NCBI GenBank assembly: GCA_003971905.1
Contig: RSEE01000113.1
Span: 124,001 to 188,000, forward strand
From: Moniliella sp. 'wahieum'
Lineage: Eukaryota
Length of the DNA stretch: 64,000 bases
Direction: 5' to 3'
Shown here piece by piece: positions 24,233 through 35,510 of the stretch. The notes under the pieces were generated by a model, which was given only the letters and a program-made list of their open reading frames with translations, searched no databases and was not told the origin of the DNA. Each line of letters opens with the position of its first letter. The stretch's first letter is position 1. The position numbers and the translations under genes were made by a program.

Positions 24233-24835
24233 GAAGATGTGACATGCGGAAAGCTCCATGTGACATCTACACCAGCTCAGTATTCAATTACCAATTCCCG
24301 GAGCCGTTCATGGTACGTTCATGGGGCCAGCAGGGGCCAGGAGCATGCTCCACCCTCAAGCGCACAGGCCTCCGGATCACTCGATCGCTGGCTTCGCTAG
24401 CTTCCCTCCACGGGGCGCTGGTAGGCACTGGTACCCGCAGGGTCGAGTAGGGTCGCCAGGGCTCAGCACAGCTGCGTCGCCGGCACCCGGGCAGCCCCCC
24501 GGCAGTCGACCGGGCACTGCGAGTCCCACACTGCTTTGACGCCCGAGCTCATCCTGTGCGGCGCAGGGTGCTGTCTGCCGGGCCTCCGCCCCAGCAGGGC
24601 GCAGCGCACCGCCCGACACTGCCCCCATGCGTCGTGCATCGGCGCATTGCAGCTGCCCGCCGCACACACACACCCGCTTCCGCCTTGTTTGGGAGAAGGT
24701 GCGGCACGGGGCGCTTCATAACAATTGCGTTATAAGGCTCCCATTTCAACGCCAGCGTATCGCATCTTCCTTTTTCTTGTCCCCCCCCTCCTCCTCTTCC
24801 TGCCTTCTTGGCCTCGCACATCTATTCCCCTCGCC

Positions 24836-25475
24836 ATGTTTTCGACGCTTCTCCCACTCCAGACGTCGCTTGATGCTCCCAACAACGATTGCTCTGCCGC
24901 CAGCAACTGCCTCGGCCTTAATCTTGGCCCTCCCTCGACTCCAGCCCCTGTCACTTCCTTGGTGCCTGCAGTCCCCTCCTTCCCTTTCAGCCTGCCATCC
25001 CATCAGCCTCGCCCTACTCCGTTCGCTTAGCTTTCCCCTTGGAGGAGGACCAAGAGTACGATCCTTTGCCCGTCACGCCGCTTGGCGCAACGCGGCGCGC
25101 GCGCCAATCCGGCGTCACTGCCCTACCACAATGCGACAGCCTATGCTCTGTCAGCAAAGATACCACCCCCTCTTCGCAATCGCACTTCGCCGCCAAAGAC
25201 CAGCTCCAACTGTTCCCACCATGACCCCTGCAGACTTCAGCACTACTTCCATCCACTCTCTTCGCCCCACCTCCGCTGCATCCGTTCTCGCTGGTCCGCG
25301 TCGCTCATCCGTCTGTGGGCCACCGGTCACGGAGGAGCTTGAGAATTCAAGTCGCAAGGCCTATCCTGCATACTGGCGTTCCTTTGGACCGCCCAGCTTC
25401 CCTCTACCTTTCCCTTGCGGACGGCCTCGGTTCACATCCGATCCAACAACGATGGGCAACAGTCCATTGGAATAA
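24836..25475 (+). CDS. Hypothetical Ser/Pro-rich protein (frameshifted)
   Basis: TATAAG at 24731, CT-rich leader, GCCATG context. Consecutive coding-like segments MFSTLLPLQ.., LEEDQEYDPLPVTP.., ..EELENSSRKAYPAYWRSF lie in shifting frames. Confidence 0.45.
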
Positions 25476-26361
25476 AAAGCCTCTCCCTCTCCGCTCTGAC
25501 TCAACTCACTCTCCTCTCGCAACCCCTTTTCATCCTTGCTTCCATCACTTACTCGGCCCCATTGCTGCATTCAAGCCTCGCTCTCTGCATAATGCTGCAA
25601 CATCGTCACTGTCCCCCACGCTCATCCACACCACTTTTTCCGTACTACACTTGCGCATCGCTCGTTGGCTACGCCCCCCCCCCCCCCCAACCGGACCCCA
25701 TCTGTCCCCGGCGATCATCACTCATCCTCACGCCCTTCTCGCGTGTTTTCTCCACACTGCTCGGCTTTCGCATCATAACCACCCCAACCGCATTCGTTGC
25801 AATCTCTTGCTTTTGGTACCTTCGTTTCCTGCCCCAACATTAGTATTCTTCTGCTCCTTTTGGTTCTGCCACAGCCTACCCACCTGTATTGATGACGCTC
25901 AGTTACTCTTGGTCGCTGATTTCGCGTTGGAACCCTTTGTATCATTGCCTACAAAAGACCATCAATCATCATTCATTCCAGATCAGATTCGCAATCTGTA
26001 TATACCGTCCGAGTCTCCCACCATATAGCTACCCTCTCATAAGGTGGTGAAGGGACTGTCCAATCCAGCGCCTACCCCCCTCGTTACAGACCGTTACCCA
26101 GGCCTCGACTGCCCGAGCGTAGTGTGAAAAGAATGGTGGGAGTGGCGCTTGGTGGGGCCCACGACTGGTACGGAGTGATATACATCATCACATGTGATAT
26201 GGACTATGCGTGTGACAGGGGCTAGGGCCAAGTGACATGTGACATGCAGTGATTTGAGTGGGCGGCGGGAGAAAATGGACGAAAGCTAGTGGGTTTTTTT
26301 GTTGCGCCGCTTCTGTTCCTCCACCATCTGGGCCAAGAGCGTTAACGGCACGGTGCTCGCC

Positions 26362-29300
26362 ATGGCTGCCGACCCGGAGTTTGTTGCGAGCATCAACCAG
26401 CTGCTCAAAGACTCTCTCCTCCCCGACACCAACGCCGCCAAGGCCGTGCGTACGGATACTTGATACTCTCGTCTTTTCCCTCTCTCCGTGCTGACCCCCC
26501 CTCCCCTGTTCCGCGCTTCCCTCACGTAGGCCATCAAGGATCTTCAAGCGCAGCACAAGATCCCGGTCTTCATCCCCGCTGCCCTACAGATACTTTCCAC
26601 TTCGACCGACGACGGTGTTCGCCAACGTGCCGTGGATGAGCTCCGCAAGTGCATTGGCAAGAGACTTAAAGTATGGAATGCGCAGACGGTCGATGTGCGC
26701 ACAGCGGCCAAGTCCCAGTTACTGGACATGATCACAAACGAGCCCAACACCTCGGTCCGTACCGCTGCAGCCCGTTTGGTGAGCGAGGTCGCGCGTCGTG
26801 AACTGCCGCAGGATGCCTGGCCCGAGCTGCTTCCCTTTCTTTTCACTACGGCCGAACAGGGCACCGTTGCCCAGCGTCATGCTTCTGTCGTTGTCTTCTT
26901 TACCCTTCTCCAGACATTCAACAACGAAGACTTTGTTCAGAAATACCTGTCGCAGATCGTGCAACTGTTCACCCGGACGATCAGCGATCCTGAGTCGCTA
27001 ACGGTTCGCGTGACCACCGCCCGCGGTTTGGGTAAGGTCGGCGAACTTCTGGACTATGGCGCGACGACCGACTTGGCTGCCGTGCAGTCGGCCATCCCTC
27101 AGATGATTAAAGTGCTGAAGCAGGCCATCGACGAGAATAACTCGGAATATACCCAGTTCCTCTTCGACGTGTTTGACAGCTTTTGCCTTTCGGAACTACC
27201 GATTCTCAACTCGTCCCTGGGCAATCTGTTGGAGTGTTACCTTGTGGCAGCGGAGCGTAAGAACGTGGATGACAACATCTGCGTAGCTGCGCTCAACTCG
27301 GCCGTGTGGACCGTCACCCACAAGCGCCAAAAGGTTCAGCAGCTCCAGCTGGCCGGGATGATAATCCCCCGCACTCTGTTCATTCTGCTTATTCCCGACA
27401 TTAAGGTGACGGTCGGGCGGGGCATGGCGGCGTTGCAACTGCTCGATGCGATGGCCTCGGAACTTGCCCCCTCGAATGTATGGCCGCGGTTGCTAAAGGG
27501 GGTGCAGCTGCTTGCCCGGAGCTTGATTCCGGCCAACCGTGGTGCGGGGCTTCTAGCGCTCGGCGTTTCGGCCGAAGGGTTAGCGCAAACGCTGCGGGGG
27601 GATATGGACTTAGTATGGCCGTTGATTTGGGCTGGGATAAAGGATCCTGAACTTCAAACTCGCCAACGTGCATTGACTGCCATTGGGTACATGTACGACC
27701 CACTTTCCGAAGAGATTGTCGAGCAGCACGAGGTACTTGTGCCTGCGCTGATGGAGATGATTGCTCAGCCCGAAACCCAGCGCGCCGCCCTGGGTTCTTT
27801 GGACCGCCTTATGGATTACTTGGGCGAGGACATTAAGCCCTACCTCGACTCTATTATGAAGACCCTTACTGGTTACCTCGATACGACGCCGCCGGACACC
27901 AAATTGTCCGTTATTAACGCCATTGGCTCAGCTGCCCACTCGGCGGAGAAGGACTTCATTCCGTACCTCGATGGCATCATGACCAAGCTCACCCCTTTCC
28001 TTCAGTTCAAGGACACGTCTGACAAGGAGAAAATGGACTTGCGCTCTGCTGCCCAGACTGCCATTGGTAACATTGGCGGCGCGGTGGGTTCCCGCGCCTT
28101 CCGTCCGTATTTTTCCGACACAGTTGACACTGCGTATGATGCGTTTGAGCTGGGTCAATCTCGTTTGAAAGAATGTTCCCTCATCTTCTTCAGCACGATG
28201 GCTACGGTGTTTGGAGAGAAGTTTGGCACTTGCCTTTCCCTAATCATGCCCAAAATCCTGCAGAGTTTGCGGGAGCTGGAGCACGCTCCCATCCCAACGT
28301 CGGGCGACGACTCGTCAAACGATATTCTTTCGGCGGGCGCGCAAGATGAAGACATCGATGATGAGTACGTTGACATGGAGGAGCTAAGCCAGTTCGTTGA
28401 TTCGATCACACCGGCTGTCGCGAGCGAGAAGGAGGCCGCCGCCGAGGCTGTGGGGGTGATTTTCCAGTACACCACGTCGGCCTTTTGCCCTATCTGCAGG
28501 AGACGGTGCAGGAGCTGGTCGCGCTCTTGCAGCACCATAGCCCAAGCCTCCGCAAGGTCGCCGTTACTGCCCTCTTCTCCGCTATCATAACCCTCAACAC
28601 GATTCAGAACCCAGACCCGTGGAAGCCAGGCCTGGATGTCCCGGTGCCCATTTCCTCGGACGTGGAACGACTGATTGACTTTGTGATGGGCCATGTGTTT
28701 AGCATGTGGCAGGACGAGGACGACCGGTACGTACTTTGGGTCCCGCTGTCATTAATCGTTTCCTTGCAGGAAGACAATCCTTTCTCCGATCACGCCTAGT
28801 GGTGGAATAGGACCACCTCAGTGTGGAGAACCTACATGGAGCGACAGAAGAATCTGTCGCCTTGCTTTGCTTTTTTGAGCCTTGCCGTACTGACCTTACC
28901 TTTGCGCCTCTTTCCAGGACTGTGGCAACGCAGCTGTGCAATTCTCTCAGAGACACGCTCAGCGAGGTGGGTCCGGCTGTGATTGCGAAGCGTACGAGTG
29001 ACGCGGCGGACATTGCGATGAGCATCCTTGAAAAAAGTCCATTGCTCAGTCGCCCGATGGGGAAGAGGAGGACCCCGACGAGGCCACCTCCGAACTGGAT
29101 GTCATGCTCGTCTCTTCGGCCCAGGGCCTTGTATGCGGCATGGCGGAATCCCTCGGTGCCGACTTCCAACAGCCGCTCCAGCGGTTCTTGCCCCAGATCA
29201 CCAAGTTTTACGGCCCAGACAAAGCAGCGCTCGAGCGGTCGGCGGCATTGTCGGCGATTGGCGCGTTGGCTGGAAGCATGAAGGAGCACGTGACGCCCTT

Positions 29301-29865
29301 TACGCATGACATGTTCACTACCGTCTATGATGGTATGAAGGAAACAAATGGGAATGTGCAGCTGCACGCCGCCTATGCGATGGGGCTGTTGGTCGAGAAC
29401 TCACAAGAGGACTTGACGGCGCACTACCCTGCTCTGCTGGCTGAGCTCCAACCAGCGCTGAGCCTGTCGAAAGACACGTCGCTGACGATCAAGCTGGAGC
29501 GAAAAATGAAGACCTGTGCGATGGGGTGTCTGGCGCGAATGGTGTACAAGAACCCCACTGCCCTCCCTTTGGCCCAGACGTTCCCGCTGATCATTGATGA
29601 CTTATCCTTGTTGCATAAGGATCTGAATCAGGCACCGGTAGGGCAACTCTTCATTTCCCTCCTCCAGGACAAAAACTCGATTGCCCAAAAGCACAGGAAA
29701 ACAATTCTGTGTTTCTTTGCGGATGTGCTCGACGCACCCGCGGAGAGCGAATGGGACATGCTAAACGCCGAAGACCGCGACCAACTGGTCGCCTTCATCC
29801 ACGAGCTTAATACCCAAATCCCGGACGAGATCGAGGCAGCGAGTTTGACGAGCTACCTTGGTTAA
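26362..29865 (+). CDS. KAP123: Importin beta-4 / karyopherin Kap123-like (HEAT repeats)
   Basis: WPELLPFLF, AIGSAAHSAEKDFIPY, AIGNIGGAVG...FRPY, acidic loop then EKEAAAE, DEDDR. Introns 26446-26529 and 28727-28917; indels near 28485 and 29040. Confidence 0.85.
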
Positions 29866-30500
29866 AGGGTTCGCCCTCCCTTACCATTCTGCAATAATTT
29901 TCCAATAAGGGCACCTTATCAGCTGTCATATTCTATCTTGGATGAAAGTGAGTATGGTGGGTGGGTGGATCGAAAGAAGGGCTATGGCACCTCCCCCCCA
30001 CCCATTTGCTTCCATGTCTTTCTCGGCATCCCTCTTTCTCCTTGGACTTGTCTCTCAGTTACCTCACCTCTGCCAGGCTCATCTTCTCCCCTGATATCCC
30101 ATATTGAGCGTACGTTTCATGTATCTTTCTCCTCGCGTTGCACTGGCACGCCTCACTCCCTCTTCATCGACATCCGGTCTACTGAGTGCGACGGGCCGCC
30201 AGCCCTAGCGGTGAAGCAGGACTACAAACAAGGCAAGACAGCAAGGCGAACGGGGTTTCACTTCCCTGGCCAAAGATTCGACTTGACACCCCACCCTTTT
30301 CAGCCTTATTTTTTCTATTAACGTCATGCAGTCACCGCCTCAGCGCCTTGGCTACTTCGCACCCGGCTGTGAAAGATACAATCGAATCTCCCCGATGCCC
30401 CCTCCCGTTCGAAAATGGAGAGTAAAAGGGAATATGGGTGTGCTGCCACCGTGAAGTGAGGTGGGGTAAGGCGCGCGGGCGGTTTGGGGAGTGAGAGGGT

Positions 30501-30551
30501 CAGGTGGGTGCAGGGGGTGCAGGTGGGTGCAGGTGGGTGCAGATCGGTGCA
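30501..30551. repeat. Tandem repeat (CAGGTGGGTG)n, about 5 imperfect copies
   Basis: Direct reading of the sequence. Confidence 0.8.
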
Positions 30552-30649
30552 AGGGGGCAGCCTTACATTTGGGCAACTTGGTGGGATTAATGCGGACGGC
30601 CAAGCCGGCAAACAGAGTGAGGAGGAGCAGGGTGGCCAGTGCACGCTGG

Positions 30650-31467
30650 AAAAAAGTGGTATTGTTGGCCATCCAGGTGGTTTCCCAAATGGCAAGAGGA
30701 AGGTAAGGATGAACAACAAGACCATCCGTACCCCGATGCGCTGGACCCGACAAGCGAACACCGAATCACGCCAAGCAGAGAAAAGGGAAACCAAAAGGAT
30801 CAGTATTGCGCCGCGTAACAACGGGTATAGTAGCATCCACTCTGACCGAACCGGATCCGAGGAGGGGCTAGAGTGGAGTGGGACTGAGTTGTACGTACCG
30901 ATGATACTTCCATAAAGCCCGGCCCTTGGCCGGTCCCCAACCAACACGCCGTTGCCCCATGTCGCAGCGGCACAGCGGCAGCCTGGAGCCAAGCAAGCGG
31001 CACCAAGGCTGCACCAAGTGCGTGCCAGGAGATGTAGTGCTGCGTGCCCGGCTGGTCGTGGAGATGATACATGATGCTTGCGCCAGCGGTTAAAGAGGGG
31101 CACGACGACGACGGCGAGAAGGAGTTGGTGGAAGGAGGAAGCGCGGGCTTTCTGGTTGGGCGGGTGGCCGAGGTGGGCTGCAGGGTAAGGATGGCCTGGA
31201 CGAGAAGTAGCAGGCCAAACGACTGGAGCAGCGGATGGAAGCCAAAGAGAGGGAGGGGGGGGCAGATGGTTCCAGACAAGGTAGGCAATCAAGGCGAGGA
31301 AGGCGAGGGCGGCCGCCTGGGTTCCCGTGCACTACTGCTGCAGGGCACCCGCAGTGTAGGTCTGGGCCATGGTTGCTGCTGTCGGATGGGGAGGTAGAGG
31401 TAGAAGGCAGCGGGAGGGATGAGTCGAGGAGGGGAGTGCGATCGCCAGGAGTGGGGTCAGAAGCCAT
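30650..31467 (-). CDS. Cytochrome b561 domain membrane protein
   Basis: LFGFHPLLQS..VQAILTLQP, FHQ, HYISWH, WKYHR (heme-ligand His pattern). Intron donor near 30898; 3' end approximate. Confidence 0.65.
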
Positions 31468-32610
31468 GGTGGGAGAAAGGAAGGCGGTTTCCGTTTAAGA
31501 GGCGGAAAGAAGCCTTGAGATAGAAGGCCGTGCAAAACAAGAGACCCAAACAAATAAAGATGAGGGTTTTGAACAAGACTAGGTCCAAAAAAACCGGAGG
31601 CCGACGTACCAATTTAAATTGACGGGCTGGGAGGAAAAAGCTTTACGCAGACGGCGGGAGGTTACGGAGGAGCGACGATGCCGGGACTGGCGAAAGAGGC
31701 ACGAAGAGGCCAATGGGCGACGGTGGAGGTGGGACGACAGGCTCCCTCCGCAGGGCTCTGCGGCTGGATGACCCACATCCATCAAAGGCAGCGTCGGCAT
31801 TTGTAATCTTTGAATTGCATCACCGGCCACAGCGGAAGCATGAATCCATTAATCACGCCCAGTCCGATCGATGATTGATGGGGCCGAGTGGCTACGGAGC
31901 GCTCGTAGGCATAACGCCATTCAGCGACAGCCGAGCAAAGGATGGTGTTGGAACAGGCTCTGCAGCAGGCAACCTCTATCCGCGCAGGCGCACAGCGTCC
32001 TGTGGCCCAATCTAAACACGTGGCACAGCTGATATAGTGAAAGACTGGAGATAGGGGCACCAGCCACCAACCAACCATCAGTATACTGGAGATAAGCTAA
32101 CAGCGGAGATAACAGAACAAAACATACCATCTAGATGCATATGGCACGTGTAGTACCGTATTGTAAACAGCGTAAAAGCCGACTTGTTCCGCGTTCCTGG
32201 AGAGCTACGCTCTGAAAGGCGCGAACGTGTGGTGGACTCTCGTATACATGTAGTTAGAACCACATTGCCCAGCCATAATCACATGGGCGACGGAGTCACT
32301 GGACATAATGTTCTTCTCTTTTTCGAAGAACCTTTTGAGAGCCACACAACGATGTTTTTCTGCACATCGCCGGGCTCCTCGCCATCGCCTTTTGAAAGCC
32401 GAGGAGATACGCAGTGCACCCCATACATTTATAGTACTGATTAATGCTGCTGCGTTACTGTATAATCGCGACAATGGACACAGTTTCGTGCCTGCGCACT
32501 ACGCTAACCTTCGCTGACGTCGTTGACGATTGACGTAGGACGACGACAAACGGTGGCCAAGGCAAAGGCGCGAAGATGCGAATACTGCGAAGGGGGAGGA
32601 AGTGACCCCT

Positions 32611-33439
32611 TGTTATGGGGCGCTCCGGTCATTTCTCCGGACACCGAGCCCCGCATGTCGTAGAACCCTCATCGACGCACACGCCATTCCCACGACACTT
32701 GTGAGTAAGAGACAGCACGGACCAAATGCCGCGGATGTTTTCCGCAGAGAGCCAGGAGAGGATCGGACTTAACGGTACGAAGCTTCGTACCCGCGGCATA
32801 CGGTCTTGTTAGAACTCCTCATCGACTGCGGCCCACCGGATCGCAGTCTGGGCAGAACAGGCCGCCCTTTGCCTTTTACTACTGTAGATTCCCCTCCCTT
32901 CTGTTGATGCCTGTTCTGATGTTACGATATAAAAGCAGCCTGTGGTCTGAGGCTTGCTGGCGGTGATCCTCACCGCCCAACCTTTCACCTTCCCCCCTGT
33001 CAACATCGTCTATACTCCCGACTTCATTCTTCGCTCTTCACCCTTATACGCTTACGAATTTACGACATACGTCGAGTACTCTGCAAGTCGCGGTTACTAT
33101 CAGTAGCACTTGCTCTTCTTTAGGACTCTGTCTGTTCCCGCCAACTATAGCGTGCCAAGCGTGGTAACGCCGCGAGGAACGGAGTAATTCCGGAGATCCT
33201 GGACCCCTTCAATTGGTCTTACGACTTGCGAACACGGCTCCTACCTCGGAGGGTCTGAGCTGCGGCCTTTGCACGCAGGCAGCCACCCAAACTAGAGGGT
33301 CTCTCCCTTGCCTCTACACCCGCTCGGTTCAACCAGGATCTGAAGCAGGACCTAACGTACGTAACTCTAATGCCATGTCCAAGGGCTTTCACCCCTAAAT
33401 TCCGGGTTCGAGCTCCGTCTCGGGGCTCGCCCCATGACA
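32611..33439 (+). mobile_element. Solo LTR (829 bp) of an LTR retrotransposon
   Basis: TG...CA ends; terminal inverted repeat TGTTATGGGGCG / CGCCCCATGACA (11/12); 5-bp TSD CCCCT at 32606-32610 and 33440-33444; internal TATAAAA at 32928; no ORF. Confidence 0.85.
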
Positions 33440-33950
33440 CCCCTCCTATTATACGATGATCGCAATGGGCTTGCGGGGCACACGAGAAGTAGGGTGTGCC
33501 CGGTGCTTTTTGTCTTCATGGACCGCCAATCGTCAACCCGCCTCTCTTCAAGAAACCGAGAAATCGAGTCGTACCACCACCCACCCACCCAAGCAGAGGG
33601 GAATGTGGTTGGGAAGGATATGCATTTAGACCTTAGACCGTATATACTAGGACTGTACTTACTACATCTCCCCCACAAAGGCAACTGAAATGCCGCGCAA
33701 GCAGTGCGTGCTCTCAAAACTATAAAAAACCCTTCTATTCCTTGCTATTCCCTGTTCCCTATCCAACCCCAAGAAATTAAAAGAGAAAAGAATCCGTCTT
33801 CCAAGCTGGTCGAGCTGCACAGTTTAGAGTGTTGCATTTGCATATAATAACGTCAATCAAATCACCTACAACCAGCGCAGTTCCGAGTGACCGCACCACG
33901 AGGCACGAAGGGAGGGGCACCACGAAGCAGCACAAGCTACACCGTGCCGT

Positions 33951-35510
33951 TTAGGCAATGTAGGTGGAAGCCGAAACGTTGCCCGCCGCGACCAGTCCAG
34001 TTAATGTGAATGTCCTGGTTGAGCGGGAGGTTCGCATTCTCTTCGCCAGGCAAGACGCGGAAGGTGTGAGCACCAAAGTAATCGCGCTGGGCCTGGATCA
34101 AGTTGGCTGGCAAACGCTCAGTGCGGTAGCCATCAAAGTACGCCAACGCCGTCGAGTGGGCCGGGGTAGGGATGCCCGACAAGGCACTGGTGGCCACCAC
34201 GTTGCGCCAGCCCGGTTCGGCCTTGGCAATCGCCTCGACAAAGAACTCGTCAAACAGCAAGTTCTCCAGCGTCGGGTTCTTGCGGTAGGCCTTGGTGATG
34301 TCCTTGAGGAAGACGGAGCGGATGATGCAGCCGCCGCGCCACATGAGCGCAATGGACGGGTTGTTGAACGTCCAATTGTACTCCTTGGCCGCCTCACGGA
34401 ACATCATAAAGCCCTGGGCGTACGAAATAATCTTCGACACGTACAACGCCTGTTCCAAGTCCTTGAGCACTTGCTGCTTATCTCCCGTAAAGGGACGCGT
34501 GGCCGTCGGCTTGAGAATCTTGCTCGCCCGCACACGCTCGTCCTTCAACGACGACAAGCAACGCGCAAACACCGCTTCCCCAATGAGGGTAACGGGCAAC
34601 CCCATGTCCAGCGCATTGACCGCCGTCCACTTGCCCGTGCCTTTCTGACCGGCCTTGTCCATAATCTTCTCCAGCAAAGGCTTGCCGTCCGTGTCCTTAA
34701 ACTTGGTCACATCGCGCGAGATTTCAATCAGGAACGATTCGAGCGGGCCCTTGTTCCACGCATCAAACGTCGCGCTAATCTCATCGTCCGACATGCCCAG
34801 CGTGCGCTTCATAATGTCGTACGATTCCGAGATGAGCTGCATGTCGCCATACTCAATCCCATTGTGGACCATCTTGACATAGTGACCCGAGCCCGAGGGG
34901 CCAATCCAGTCGCAGCACGGCTCCCCGTCCGATTTGGCCGCAATCGACTGGAAGATTTCCTTAATCTCGGGCCAGGCGGCGGCCGAACCACCGGGCATGA
35001 GCGACGGGCCGTGCCGTGCTCCTTCCTCTCCACCCGAAACACCCGTGCCGACATAGAGGAAGCCCTTGTCCTCAATCTCCTTGGCACGGCGGATCGAGTC
35101 GGGGAAGTACGTGTTGCCACCATCAATGATGATGTCGCCCTTCTCGAGGTGGGGCTCGAGCAACTGGATAAACGAGTCGACAGCTGGGCCAGCCTTGACA
35201 AGCAGAATAATCTTGCGCGGCCGCTTGATGAGCTTGACAAACTCCTCAATCGAGTGGGCACCCACAACGTTGGTGCCCTTGGCCTCGTTGGCCATAAAGT
35301 GGTCCACCTTGGAAACGGTCCGGTTAAAGGCAGCCACCTTGAAGCCGTGGTCGTTCATGTTGAGGATCAGGTTCTGACCCATGACGGCCAGGCCAATCAG
35401 GCCAATGTCGCAGCTACCGCCCCAGCACAACAAACACGGTCAGCAGCCGGGGCATCCACGACGGACGGGCGGAGCAGAAGAGCAGGTACATACACAGCCT
35501 CAGTAGACAT
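33951..35510 (-). CDS. GND1: 6-phosphogluconate dehydrogenase, decarboxylating
   Basis: MSTEAV-CDIGLIGLAVMGQNL (intron 35493-35414), GVSGGEEGAR, VKMVHNGIEYGDMQ, QAQRDYFGAHT. True C-terminus GGNVSASTYIA* needs one extra base removed near 33983. Confidence 0.97.
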
